In this document: positions 50,049 through 59,242 of the stretch, one piece after another
Layout: each line of letters begins with the position of its first letter
Position numbering within the stretch: position 1 is the first letter of the stretch
Assembly: GCA_016712505.1 (NCBI GenBank)
Contig: JADJQY010000005.1
Coordinates: forward strand, 249,258 to 313,257
From: Candidatus Eiseniibacteriota bacterium
GTDB lineage: Bacteria; Eisenbacteria; RBG-16-71-46; CAIMUX01
Reading direction: 5' to 3'
DNA: 64,000 nt
Made by a program: the position numbers and the translations under genes
Notes under the pieces: model-generated
Told to the model about the DNA's origin: nothing
The model's database searches: none
The model's input: the letters and a program-made list of their open reading frames with translations, nothing else

Positions 50049-51203
50049 TCAGGGCTGGCCCCCGCGTGAAGGCTCGGCGGCCGAGGCACCGGTGATGGTT
50101 CGTAAGGCCGCGCGAACCTGCGCAACCGGAACTTGGGCCGAGACGGTAGCCCGGCCCAACTCCGGTGTCAACACCCAGGCCCCGCCGTGACGGGACGCCT
50201 TCTTGTCCATGTCGAGCGCGGAGAACAACTTCTCCGGGTCGACGCCGGGCGCGCGGGTCGGGATCTGGTACCGCTCGAGCAGTCGCTCGATCCGCTCCGC
50301 CTCGGACGCCGGGAGCCCGGCGAGTTCGCTCGAGAGGGCGAGAGCCGCAACCATACCGACGCCGACCGCTTCGCCGTGCAGGAAGCGGTCGAACCCGGTC
50401 ACCGACTCGAGGGCATGCCCCGCGGTGTGCCCGAAGTTGAGGAGCTGGCGCAGTCCCAGATCTCGCTCGTCCTCCTCGACGATGCGCGCCTTGACGTGCA
50501 AGGCGCGCGCGATCGCCTCCTCCAGACGCGGAGATTGCAGCAATCGTGCCGGTTCCTCCGCCTCCAGCATGCGGATCAGCTCCGGGTCGCGGATCACGCC
50601 GCACTTGATGATCTCGGCCAACCCGGCGCGGAACTCCCGCGGGGGCAGCGTGGTCAGCCACTCGGGTGAGATCAGCACGGCCCGCGGCTGGTGGAACGCT
50701 CCGATCATGTTCTTGTGGCCGCCGTAGTTCAGGCCGGTCTTTCCTCCCACCGAGGAGTCGACCTGGGCGAGCAGCGTCGTGGGGATCTGCACATAGTCGA
50801 TCCCGCGCTGGTAGGTTGCGGCGGCGAACCCGGCGAGATCGCCTAGCACGCCCCCACCAAAGACCAGCAGAAGTCCATCACGACGGGTGCGTGCGGCGAG
50901 CAGGTGGTCGTAGATGCGAAAGAGCGTGGCGTGGTTCTTGACCGGCTCGCCGGCGTCGAACTCCAGCACGTGAAGCTCGATCCCCGCGCTCCCGAAAGCG
51001 GAGCGGAGATCCTCACCCCAGACTTCCCAGACCTTTCGATCGGCCACGAGTGGGCAGGGGTGGCTGGGCATGGCGGGGAGCAATGAACGCAGGTCCCAGT
51101 CGCGCCACGGTCCGATCCGAACCGGGTAGGCCCGATCCGCCAGGCCGACTTCGATCTCGATCACACAGATCTCCTTCAGGTCGTTCGGTGTGTCGGTCCC
51201 CAT
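50049..51203 (-). CDS. aroB: 3-dehydroquinate synthase
   Basis: GGGVLGDLAGFAAATYQRGIDYVQIPTTLLAQVDSSVGGKTGLN. Start trimmed to the ATG at 51203. Confidence 0.85.
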   Translation of the reverse strand: MGTDTPNDLKEICVIEIEVGLADRAYPVRIGPWRDWDLRSLLPAMPSHPCPLVADRKVWEVWGEDLRSAFGSAGIELHVLEFDAGEPVKNHATLFRIYDHLLAARTRRDGLLLVFGGGVLGDLAGFAAATYQRGIDYVQIPTTLLAQVDSSVGGKTGLNYGGHKNMIGAFHQPRAVLISPEWLTTLPPREFRAGLAEIIKCGVIRDPELIRMLEAEEPARLLQSPRLEEAIARALHVKARIVEEDERDLGLRQLLNFGHTAGHALESVTGFDRFLHGEAVGVGMVAALALSSELAGLPASEAERIERLLERYQIPTRAPGVDPEKLFSALDMDKKASRHGGAWVLTPELGRATVSAQVPVAQVRAALRTITGASAAEPSRGGQP

Positions 51204-51339
51204 CCCAGGAGGACGCCGCCCGACGAGCCGGCGGAAGCTAGCACGCGGCGGAGCTCGGGTCAAAAGTGGAAGCGGGCATCACCGCCCGCAGCCTGACGCA
51301 CGGGAGGTCGCGGGGAACGGGGGGCAGAGTGGCCGAGCC

Positions 51340-52584
51340 CTAGCGGTAGCGCGATCCCACCCGTTCGAGTTCGAGGAGCAGGTTTTCCTGGGCCGCCAGC
51401 GAGAGGCGCAACCGCTTCTGCCAGCTGAGGGTCAGTCGTTGCTGTCGCTCCATCCAGTCGAGCGAGCTACGATCGCCGACCTTGGTGGACAGCACCAGGG
51501 ACTCCCCGTCGCGGACGATCCCCAGCCGCACCGGAGATCCTGGGTGGGAACCCTGCACATATCCGGTCACCTGTTCCACCGCGCGCACCGGCTCGTTGTT
51601 GAGGCTGACGATCCGATCCCCGACCTGCACCCCGGCGCGCTCGGCCGGACTTCCGGAGAGGACCCCGGCAATCCGGACCGGCGACTCCCCCGGTGTGATC
51701 TGTTCGGGTGAGCCGGCGATCCCCCCGGCCTCCGTTTCGACCAGGAGGCCGAGAAAGCCGGCGCGCTCTGATTCCTGCGCGCGGAGACGACCATAGAGAG
51801 CTGCAGCCTCCTCGACCGACATCGCCGCGATGGTCCGCGCATCGAGCATCTGCCGCGCCCGCGTCGGGCAACCACCTACCATCGGGCCATCGTCCTGCCA
51901 GACGTCGACGTTGACCGCCACGCCGCGATTGCGCCCTTCGGCGTCCACGATCAGTCCACCGCAGGTGCCGGAGCAGCTCGCAAGACTGAGGCGAAAGACG
52001 CGACTTGAGGCGCCGCTGCGCTGCGCACCGATCGCATCGACGCGCGCCAGCCGAAAGTCGGCTCTGGCTTGCTCGTCATATCCAAACACGAGCATCCAGG
52101 CTCCTTCCTCGAGCGGCGGATCCTGGGGACGGAGCGATATCGGGTTCAATCCCGTGGGATCGTCGACCCGGATCATGCTGATTCCGGGCTTCACCTCCTG
52201 GGACAGGAACCGGGCCCGGCGGGATCGACCATCGGCCGGAACGACGAACAGGCTGTCGCCGGGCTGCGCCGCGTCCGCGCAGGTCAGAATCCGTCCCTCG
52301 CCGTCGACCACGATCCCGTTTGCCCAGAGGGTGGTTGACCCGTCGGCGTCACCGATCGAGACCTCACCCGGGAAGTTCGCGCGCTTGGAGACCACGAGCA
52401 CCACCGTCCGCTTCGATTGAGCAAAGATGGCGTCCAGGGCTGCGCCCAGGTCCGGCCCGTCCCCTTCCGCACTTGCCCAGGTCGGAAACGGAAGGAGCCC
52501 GAGTAGCAGCAAGTAGAAACGGAGCCAGAACCGAAACGCGGACCAGGGGCCAGTGCCCCCGGTCCGCGTTCCGGTCGGACTCAC
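51340..52584 (-). CDS. trypsin-like (S1 family) serine protease with C-terminal PDZ domain, secreted
   Basis: Signal peptide, then a protease-like domain (GTCGGLIV region). PDZ segment VRIAGVLSGSPAERAGVQVGDRIVSLNNEPV. The start is uncertain (GTG at 52584). Confidence 0.55.
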   Translation of the reverse strand: MSPTGTRTGGTGPWSAFRFWLRFYLLLLGLLPFPTWASAEGDGPDLGAALDAIFAQSKRTVVLVVSKRANFPGEVSIGDADGSTTLWANGIVVDGEGRILTCADAAQPGDSLFVVPADGRSRRARFLSQEVKPGISMIRVDDPTGLNPISLRPQDPPLEEGAWMLVFGYDEQARADFRLARVDAIGAQRSGASSRVFRLSLASCSGTCGGLIVDAEGRNRGVAVNVDVWQDDGPMVGGCPTRARQMLDARTIAAMSVEEAAALYGRLRAQESERAGFLGLLVETEAGGIAGSPEQITPGESPVRIAGVLSGSPAERAGVQVGDRIVSLNNEPVRAVEQVTGYVQGSHPGSPVRLGIVRDGESLVLSTKVGDRSSLDWMERQQRLTLSWQKRLRLSLAAQENLLLELERVGSRYR

Positions 52585-52672
52585 ACCTATGTGGCGGCCG
52601 GTCGGCCGCCGCGAGGGCCGGGGTCGCGTCGCAAGCGGCTCCGACAACCGGCACTCACCCCCCATCCGCACC

Positions 52673-53413
52673 TCAGAACACAACGACTTTTCGGATCACC
52701 GCTCCGGCCTGGGCGGGACGAGCCCCCACCGGGGCCGGCAGTGTCCCCACCTGCTGCAGCTGCGTGTCGGGAGCATTCGGCGCCCACCACTCAGGGGCCA
52801 GCACCTCGACCGACGCAACCTCAGGCGACGCGAGACCCGACGCTCCGCGGATCGGCGCGGAGGGGCCGTTCAGCACGCCGGCCTGGATCAGATCCGTATA
52901 CGGACTGGGGCGCTGCGAGGCACTCAAGAGCTGCCCCGTCCCCTCGGAACGGCTTTCTGACTCCTTGACCGTACCACGTCCGCCGAGGGTCGCGAGGGCG
53001 CCACCGAGATCCTGGGCCGAGTCGCGCGTGAATACGAAACCCGCCAGCCCACCGGCCACCAGCGCCGCGCCGAGAGGAATCGGCGCGGGCAGAAGTGCCG
53101 CACCGGTCTCCGCCCACCAGCGGCGGATGCGGGATAGCACCGCCGCGGGCTCAGACCTCGGCGCGACCCGGGCTCCCTGCGCCAGTTCGGCCTCGTAGCC
53201 TCGAACCTTGTCCAGCACCCGCCCGACGAACATCGGATCGGGGCGTGTCGGCGGAAGGGTGCGCAGCATCAGCACGGTCGATGCCATCGACTTCGCCCCT
53301 TCGGCACACGGCGGGCAGGTCTCGAGATGAGCATCCAGGTTCGCCCACTCGAGTGCAGACAGCTCCCCGTCGATCCTGGCCGAGAAGAGCTTCTGCGCCT
53401 CTCTACAGTTCAT
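52673..53413 (-). CDS. anti-sigma factor (zinc-finger zf-HC2 type, RseA/ChrR-like)
   Basis: HLETCPPCAE (HxxxCxxC) motif followed by a transmembrane segment. Overlaps the sigma gene stop. Confidence 0.7.
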   Translation of the reverse strand: MNCREAQKLFSARIDGELSALEWANLDAHLETCPPCAEGAKSMASTVLMLRTLPPTRPDPMFVGRVLDKVRGYEAELAQGARVAPRSEPAAVLSRIRRWWAETGAALLPAPIPLGAALVAGGLAGFVFTRDSAQDLGGALATLGGRGTVKESESRSEGTGQLLSASQRPSPYTDLIQAGVLNGPSAPIRGASGLASPEVASVEVLAPEWWAPNAPDTQLQQVGTLPAPVGARPAQAGAVIRKVVVF

Positions 53414-54032
53414 CGATCCCCCCCTCTACCATTCCACCCAGCATCTCCTGCAGAGACGTTCTGGCCCGGTTGATGCGGGAGCGCACCGTGCCCCCCGGAA
53501 TGTTCAGCACCTGTTCGATCTCCTCGTACGATAGCTGCTGCACGTCGCGCAGGACAATCACCTCCCGGTACTTCTCGGGGAGGCGGGCCAGGGCCCGGGC
53601 GACATGCTCCTGCACCTCGCGCTGACGAAGGCGACGGTCCGGCCGGGGGCCGGGATCGGCGGTGAACCGTCCCGAGTCTCCGGTCATCTCCACCAGCATA
53701 TCCAGGCTGACCACGTCCTTGGCCCGCACGCGACGGCGAATCTCGTTCTTCGCCAGGTTGACCGCGATGGTGTACAGCCAGGTGGAGAACTTCCCCGTCG
53801 GCATGTACCGCTCGCGATGAATGAAAACGCGGAGAAAGACTTCCTGCGCGATCTCCTGCGCCCGGTCGCGATCGTAGATGAAGCGGCTGACCAGATTGAT
53901 GATGCGGCCGCGGTAGCGATCGACGAGCAGCGCGAAGGCAGCTTCCGATCCGCGAACCACGTGCTCCATCAGGGATTCATCCGGCAGAGTTGAGAGGTCC
54001 GGAGTCGTCCGCGCAATCCCGACTGCCTGCAT
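53403..54032 (-). CDS. ECF-subfamily RNA polymerase sigma-70 factor
   Basis: Region 2 (YIAVNLAKNEIRRR) and region 4 (YREVIVLRDVQQLSYEEIEQVLNIPGGTVRSR). ATG at 54032 is preceded by AGGAG. Confidence 0.85.
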   Translation of the reverse strand: MQAVGIARTTPDLSTLPDESLMEHVVRGSEAAFALLVDRYRGRIINLVSRFIYDRDRAQEIAQEVFLRVFIHRERYMPTGKFSTWLYTIAVNLAKNEIRRRVRAKDVVSLDMLVEMTGDSGRFTADPGPRPDRRLRQREVQEHVARALARLPEKYREVIVLRDVQQLSYEEIEQVLNIPGGTVRSRINRARTSLQEMLGGMVEGGIDEL

Positions 54033-54059
54033 CTTGATCACTCCTCATGGCGTCGCCCG

Positions 54060-54088
54060 ATGAACCCGGATCCGACCCGGCGGTTCCG
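54060..54088 (-). promoter_or_regulatory. candidate ECF-type autoregulatory promoter (GGAACC-N16-GTTCAT)
   Basis: Read on the minus strand: taggcGGAACCgccgggtcggatccggGTTCATcggg, about 20 nt upstream of the sigma gene Shine-Dalgarno sequence. GGAAC-N16/17-GTT is the common ECF sigma promoter motif. Confidence 0.35.
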
Positions 54089-54244
54089 CCTACGGTCCGA
54101 CGCGACCTGGGCGTGGCCGCGATGGGCAGTTTGATGCGCATTCCCAACCATCGGCGGTGACTTTCTTCATCTTTTCGCAGAAAGCTCCGCCGACGGGCGA
54201 GAGGCTCCTCCGCCGGACAGGGAACCTCCGCTTCCCGCAAGGGT

Positions 54245-54274
54245 TTGACCGGGTACTGAGGCGGTGGTTAGACT
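54245..54274 (+). promoter_or_regulatory. candidate sigma70-like promoter for the lipoprotein/OMP genes (TTGACC-N18-TAGACT)
   Basis: tTTGACCgggtactgaggcggtggtTAGACTgaac, 38 nt upstream of the ATG at 54312. Confidence 0.3.
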
Positions 54275-54311
54275 GAACTCGGCCTCCCAGCAACCCGAAG
54301 CGAGGTGTTCG

Positions 54312-54818
54312 ATGTTCAAGAAGGAGAGCCTGCTCCTCGCCCTGGCGATGACCGCTGGCCTTCTGACCACGGCCGGCTGCTACACCCTGATCCGGCACCC
54401 GGTGGCGGACGTCTCCGACTTCCGGGAGGACGTTCTGACCGATGCGTCGCACGAGACGGGGGCCTGCTTCACCTGCCACGAGACCGGCGTTGTCTACACC
54501 CCGATCGGCAGCTCGCCCACCTGGGGCCCGTGGTATCCCCCTCCATGGTGGATGGAGCCGAATCCGCCTTCCGGCCCCGGCTCTTCCCCATCGGGACCGG
54601 ACGATCAGGTGCGGCATGGCTGGGATCGCGGCCCGGGAGCACCCCGCACCGAACCGGGAACCGCCCCCGGAGTCACCCCCACGCCTTCAGATCCGAGCGG
54701 AACCCCTGCCGCTCCCGTCGATCCCGTGCGGGCCGAGCCTGACCGGGTGAAGAACGACGACAAGGAAAAGGAAAAGCAAAAGGACAAGGACAAGGACCGA
54801 CGCGGCTGGGGTCGCTGA
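54312..54818 (+). CDS. small lipoprotein with a single CxxCH motif, Trp/Pro-rich core and Lys/Asp/Glu-rich tail
   Basis: MFKKESLLLALAMTAGLLTTAGC (lipobox), GACFTCHETG (CxxCH), WGPWYPPPWWMEP, KNDDKEKEKQKDKDKD C-terminus. Confidence 0.6.
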   Translation: MFKKESLLLALAMTAGLLTTAGCYTLIRHPVADVSDFREDVLTDASHETGACFTCHETGVVYTPIGSSPTWGPWYPPPWWMEPNPPSGPGSSPSGPDDQVRHGWDRGPGAPRTEPGTAPGVTPTPSDPSGTPAAPVDPVRAEPDRVKNDDKEKEKQKDKDKDRRGWGR

Positions 54819-54852
54819 CCCAAGCTTCTCGGTCCGGAGAAGGAGCCTGGTC

Positions 54853-56148
54853 GTGCCGAAGCTTCGCGGGATCGCGAATGGCCTCGTTTGGGTCCTGGTC
54901 ACACTCGCCACCCAAAGCGTCGAATCGCGAGCGACGATCCCCCCGGATGTGCCTCTGGTCAACCGACCCGGGGTCGGCACGCGAGCGCTCGGCATGGGCG
55001 GGGCATCGGTCGGAGTTTCCGAGGACTATCACGCCCTGGCGATCAATCCGGCGGGGCTGGCCCAGCTCCGCCGGGTCGAGTTCGGCCTGGAGTTCAAGCG
55101 CAAGTCGATCACCTCGGATGCGACCTACCTGGGCGAAACCCATTCCGTGCCGCTGGACAAGACGCGCATCCAGTCGATCGGCTTCGCCTATCCCTTCCCA
55201 ACCTACCGAGGCGCGCTGGTCGTCGGGATGTCGTATCAGCGGGTGGCCGACCTCGATCAGGACTATTACCGCGCCGGCCGAGGCGGGGAGATCCAGAGCG
55301 AGGTGGAGACGATCTTCGAAGAGGGTTCGGTGGGCGCCTATCAGGCGGGATTCGCGGTGGCCGCGAGTCCCAAATTGAATCTGGGTGCCACGGCGACGTT
55401 CTACTCCGGGGGCTCGGATCGCGAGCGATCGTTCACCTATCGGTCCACGAACGGCATCGACCGCGAGCGGACCAACACCACGCAGGAAATGGACATCCAC
55501 GCGATCAGCGGATCCCTGGGCGCCCTGGTGCAACTGCGGCCCGATCTGCGGCTGGGGCTGAGCCTCCATCTCCCCGAGAGCTTCACCCTCGAGGGGTCGG
55601 GAGACGATGACATCGTGCGGGTCGGGACCGAGCCGCCCGATACCCTGGACATCCTGGAGCCCTACACGTTCTCCGACGAACTCACGCTGCCGGCGCGATT
55701 CTCCGCGGGTCTGGCCTGGACCAGGAACGGTTGGTTGGCCAGCGCCGATGCGGCGATCGCCGACTGGAAACAGATCGACTACTACGGCCCGCTCCGCACC
55801 GAGGAGCGTGAGTACGTCTACCGCACCGAGGTCGACCTTCGGCTCGGCGTGGAATACACGTTCCCGAACACGCCGCTGCGGCTGCGCGCCGGATACGCCT
55901 CGCAGCCGGTGGCCTACCGCCCGATCGCCACCGACGTGTTCCGCGGGGAGTTCGCCTTCGCCGACTTCGAACAGGACCGACGCACCTGGGCGTTCGGCGG
56001 GAGCGTGCTGCTGGAGGAGTCGATGATGCTGGAGGCCGCCTATGTGACCGGCGGCTACGAGCGCCGCGGACGGAGCCCTCGGGGCGTGGAGACGATCGAG
56101 AAGCTCGATCAGAACGACCTGTTGGTCGGGGTCACGTTTCGGCTCTGA
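54853..56148 (+). CDS. FadL/OMPP1-like outer-membrane beta-barrel protein (PorV-like)
   Basis: Signal peptide, then RALGMGGASVGVSEDYHALAINPAGLA (N-terminal hatch NPA motif of FadL-family barrels). Alternating beta-strand pattern to the C-terminus. Confidence 0.5.
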   Translation: MPKLRGIANGLVWVLVTLATQSVESRATIPPDVPLVNRPGVGTRALGMGGASVGVSEDYHALAINPAGLAQLRRVEFGLEFKRKSITSDATYLGETHSVPLDKTRIQSIGFAYPFPTYRGALVVGMSYQRVADLDQDYYRAGRGGEIQSEVETIFEEGSVGAYQAGFAVAASPKLNLGATATFYSGGSDRERSFTYRSTNGIDRERTNTTQEMDIHAISGSLGALVQLRPDLRLGLSLHLPESFTLEGSGDDDIVRVGTEPPDTLDILEPYTFSDELTLPARFSAGLAWTRNGWLASADAAIADWKQIDYYGPLRTEEREYVYRTEVDLRLGVEYTFPNTPLRLRAGYASQPVAYRPIATDVFRGEFAFADFEQDRRTWAFGGSVLLEESMMLEAAYVTGGYERRGRSPRGVETIEKLDQNDLLVGVTFRL

Positions 56149-56163
56149 GTCGGGTCAACTCTG

Positions 56164-56270
56164 GGGCAGGGCCAGTCCTGAGGTCGGGCCAGTCCTGAGG
56201 TCGGGCCAGTCCTGAGGTCGGGCCAGTTCTGAGGTCGAGTCAGCTCTGCGGTTGGGTCAGATCTGCGGCC
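56164..56270. repeat. tandem array E: about 6 x 17 bp (GGGCCAGTCCTGAGGTC) between the convergent OMP and rnc genes
   Basis: gggccagtcctgaggtc x3 / gggccagttctgaggtc / gagtcagctctgcggtt / gggtcagatctgcggcc. Confidence 0.85.
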
Positions 56271-56292
56271 GCATCCCGCGGTGCGCGGCGCC

Positions 56293-57126
56293 TCAGGCCG
56301 GCTCTTCGCCTGGTCCGAACAGCGTCCCGTCACGGTCGACCTCGGCGATGCGGACCAGGGCGTTGGCAGCAGCGTTCTGCTCCGCCTCCTTCTTGTTGTA
56401 GCCCGAACCGCTCCCGAGCATCCGCCCCCGCACCGTGACATCGACGGTGAAGAGTTTCTTGTGATCGGGACCGTTCTCGGTCACCACCCGATACCGAGGG
56501 TGGGTCCGATAGCGCGCCTGCACCAGTTCCTGGAGTTCGCTCTTGTGGTTGGCCCGCCGCGGGTCGGCCAGAATGTCGTCCGCCCCGAAGAGCAGTTGGC
56601 GATGTACGAACTCCCGCGCCGCCTCCAGCCCCTGATCGAGATAGAGTGCACCGATCACCGCCTCGAAGGCATCGGCCAGGATGTTCTCGCGCTGATCCCC
56701 ACCGGAATCCCGCTCGGCGTCGCTCAGCAAGACATAGTCGCCGAGGTGAAGCTCCAGGGCTCGCTTGGCCAGGACGTCGCGGCAGACCAGCTGCCCCTTC
56801 TTCTTGGTCAGGTCCCCTTCCCGATCGTTGGGGTAGCGGTGATAGAGGTACTGGACCACGATCAGTTCGAGAACCGCATCCCCGAGGAACTCCATCCGCT
56901 CATTGGAGAAGCGCGAGTCGAGGCTGTTCCCGCCGAGGAATGAACGGTGGGTGAGGGCCTGCCTGAGCAGCGCATCGTCCCGGAACTGGAGACCCCAGGC
57001 GGTCTGAAACGCAGCGAGGCTCGCTGGGGCACCCTCGGGGCGCGCGCCGAGCGGAGCCCGAGGCGGAGGCACGGGAGTTGTCGGCCGGCCGAGCCACGAC
57101 CGGATGATTTCGATCAGGCGTTTCAC
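56293..57126 (-). CDS. rnc: ribonuclease III
   Basis: LLRQALTHRSF...NERMEFLGDAVLELIV (RNase III signature) and a C-terminal dsRBD. Confidence 0.9.
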   Translation of the reverse strand: MKRLIEIIRSWLGRPTTPVPPPRAPLGARPEGAPASLAAFQTAWGLQFRDDALLRQALTHRSFLGGNSLDSRFSNERMEFLGDAVLELIVVQYLYHRYPNDREGDLTKKKGQLVCRDVLAKRALELHLGDYVLLSDAERDSGGDQRENILADAFEAVIGALYLDQGLEAAREFVHRQLLFGADDILADPRRANHKSELQELVQARYRTHPRYRVVTENGPDHKKLFTVDVTVRGRMLGSGSGYNKKEAEQNAAANALVRIAEVDRDGTLFGPGEEPA

Positions 57127-57207
57127 TCGCGCACGAACCCCGACCCGGCGGGAAATAGGCCCGGAAACGCAGGGCGATCGTGCCGCTCACGGGCCGCGGA
57201 ACGTCGG

Positions 57208-58449
57208 TCAGCCGCGGTAACGACGGATCGCCAGGGAAACGTTGTGTCCGCCGAATCCGAAGGAGTTGCTGAGCGCCACCTCCACCTCGGCCCGCCGTGC
57301 CGTATTGGGCACGTAGTCGAGGTCGCACTCCGGATCCGGGTTCTCGAGGTTGATCGTCGGCGGAACGATGCCGTTCATGATGCTAAAAACCGTCGCCACC
57401 GCTTCGATCGCGCCCGCCGCGCCCAGGAGATGACCGGTCATCGACTTGGTCGATGAGACCATCAGACGCGACGCATGGTCTCCGAACACCGTTCGGATCG
57501 CCTGGCTCTCACATCGGTCGTTGAACTCGGTCGATGTCCCGTGGGCGTTGATGTACTGGACCTCCTCCGGCCGCAGACCGGCCGACTTGAGGGCGAGGTC
57601 CATCGCTCGGGCCGCGCCTTCACCTTCCGGCGCCGGTTCGGTGATGTGGTGGGCATCCGCGGTGGCCCCGTACCCCGCCAGCTCCGCATAGATCTTCGCC
57701 CCGCGCGCCTTGGCGTGGGTCTCCGATTCCAGCACCAGAATCGCCGCCCCCTCGCCCATGATGAAACCATCGCGATCGCGCTCGAACGGCCGGCTGGCAC
57801 GCTCCGGTTCTTCGTTGCGGGTGCTCATGGCGCGAAGCGAGCAGAAGCCGGCCATGGCGAGCGGAGTGACCGGAGCCTCACTGCCCCCGCCCAACACCGC
57901 GTCCTGTTCGCCGTAGCGAACCAGGCGGAACGCCTCTCCGATCGCGTGCGCGCCGGAGGCGCAGGCGGAAACCGTGGCGTAGTTGAAGCCCCAAGCGCCG
58001 TGAACCATCGACACCTGACCGGCGGCCATGTCGGCAATCATCATCGGCACGAAGAAGGGTGAGACCCGATCCGGCCCGCGCTCGACCAGGGCTCGGTGCT
58101 GCCCCTCCCAGGTCGTGGTCCCGCCGATACCGGAGCCGATGATCACCCCGATCCGCTCCCCGCGGTTCTCGGTGCAGTCCAGGCCTGAATGCTCGACCGC
58201 CTGGGTCGACGCCGCGATCGCGTACTGGGTGAACGGGTCGGTGCGCTTCGCCAGCTTGCCGTCCATGTACTGCGTCGGATCGAAGCCTTTGAGTTCGGCC
58301 GCGATCCGGGTCTTGAGCAGACTCGCGTCGAAGCGGGTCACCGGTCCGACCCCGCTCCGGCCTTCGATCAGCCCGTTCCAGAAGCTGCCGATGGAAAGCC
58401 CCAGCGGGGTAACCGCGCCCATTCCCGTAATGACGACTTTTTCTCGCAT
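57208..58449 (-). CDS. fabF: beta-ketoacyl-ACP synthase II
   Basis: REKVVITGMGAVTPLG, an active-site Cys region and HGTSTEFND (His motif). Start trimmed to the ATG at 58449. Confidence 0.9.
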   Translation of the reverse strand: MREKVVITGMGAVTPLGLSIGSFWNGLIEGRSGVGPVTRFDASLLKTRIAAELKGFDPTQYMDGKLAKRTDPFTQYAIAASTQAVEHSGLDCTENRGERIGVIIGSGIGGTTTWEGQHRALVERGPDRVSPFFVPMMIADMAAGQVSMVHGAWGFNYATVSACASGAHAIGEAFRLVRYGEQDAVLGGGSEAPVTPLAMAGFCSLRAMSTRNEEPERASRPFERDRDGFIMGEGAAILVLESETHAKARGAKIYAELAGYGATADAHHITEPAPEGEGAARAMDLALKSAGLRPEEVQYINAHGTSTEFNDRCESQAIRTVFGDHASRLMVSSTKSMTGHLLGAAGAIEAVATVFSIMNGIVPPTINLENPDPECDLDYVPNTARRAEVEVALSNSFGFGGHNVSLAIRRYRG

Positions 58450-58626
58450 CGCTCCATCCTCGAGCCAGGAGGCTCGGTCGGCCGTGCTCCGTCGAGGGGA
58501 GCTCGCGCCCCCTCGGCCTTGTGCGCCGGAATCACCCGCTTCGGGACTCACGCAGAGTCGGCGCGATCCCCCGGCACTTCGAGCCGGAACGTGGGGCGCC
58601 GGGCGCCCCTCCGACCGTCGCCCCGA

Positions 58627-58869
58627 CTACTTCGCCGACACGTTGTCTTTCAGATAGTTCAGCGCGTCACCGACCTTGGCCATCTTCTCCGCGGCCTCGT
58701 CGGGGATCTCGATCTCGAAGGCCTCTTCCAGGGCCATGACCAGCTCGACCGTGTCGAGGGAGTCAGCCCCCAAGTCGTCCACGAACGAGGCTTCGGGCAC
58801 CACCTTCTCCGGCGCCACGCCCAGCTGCTCGACGATGATGTCCTTCACCTTCTGCTCGTAGTTCTCCAT
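58627..58869 (-). CDS. acpP: acyl carrier protein
   Basis: [18 protein letters not shown] (phosphopantetheine Ser motif). Confidence 0.95.
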   Translation of the reverse strand: MENYEQKVKDIIVEQLGVAPEKVVPEASFVDDLGADSLDTVELVMALEEAFEIEIPDEAAEKMAKVGDALNYLKDNVSAK

Positions 58870-59082
58870 TCCGTCCTCCGTCGGGGTGCCCCCCATTGTC
58901 CTTCCCGAGTTCCAACCTTGCCGCCGGTTCCGAACCCCTCGAAGCGCGCTCCGGCGGGGACGGCGCCGACAACCCGATTGCGAGCAACCGGGTTTCGCCA
59001 GCGGCCAAAAGACCATCGCCCAAAAGTCCGTCGCACTCTAGCATCATTCGGGGGTCGATCGGCATCCCCGGTTGCAGGGCGC

Positions 59083-59195
59083 TGTTCGATCGGGGGCCCG
59101 TTCAATCGGGGGCCCGTTCAATCGGGGGCCCGTTCGATCGGGGGCCCGTTCGATCGGGGGCCTGTTCGATCCGGGCCCTATTCGATCAGGGCTCC
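59083..59195. repeat. tandem array F: about 7 x 16 bp (GTTCGATCGGGGGCCC) in the fabG-acpP spacer
   Basis: gttcgatcgggggccc / gttcaatcgggggccc x2 / gttcgatcgggggccc x2 / gttcgatccgggccct / attcgatcagggctcct. Each unit contains CGATCG and GGGCCC palindromes. Confidence 0.85.
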
Positions 59196-59242
59196 TGTCG
59201 GCGGCCTCCCGGATCGCCCCCTGCGCCGCCCGGGGGGTGCCG

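Noticed and set aside
58597-58613. Perfect palindrome GGGGCGCCgGGCGCCCC downstream of acpP as a terminator
   Set aside because: There is no U-tract after it on the transcribed strand. It may be a REP-like element, and the evidence is insufficient to call a terminator.
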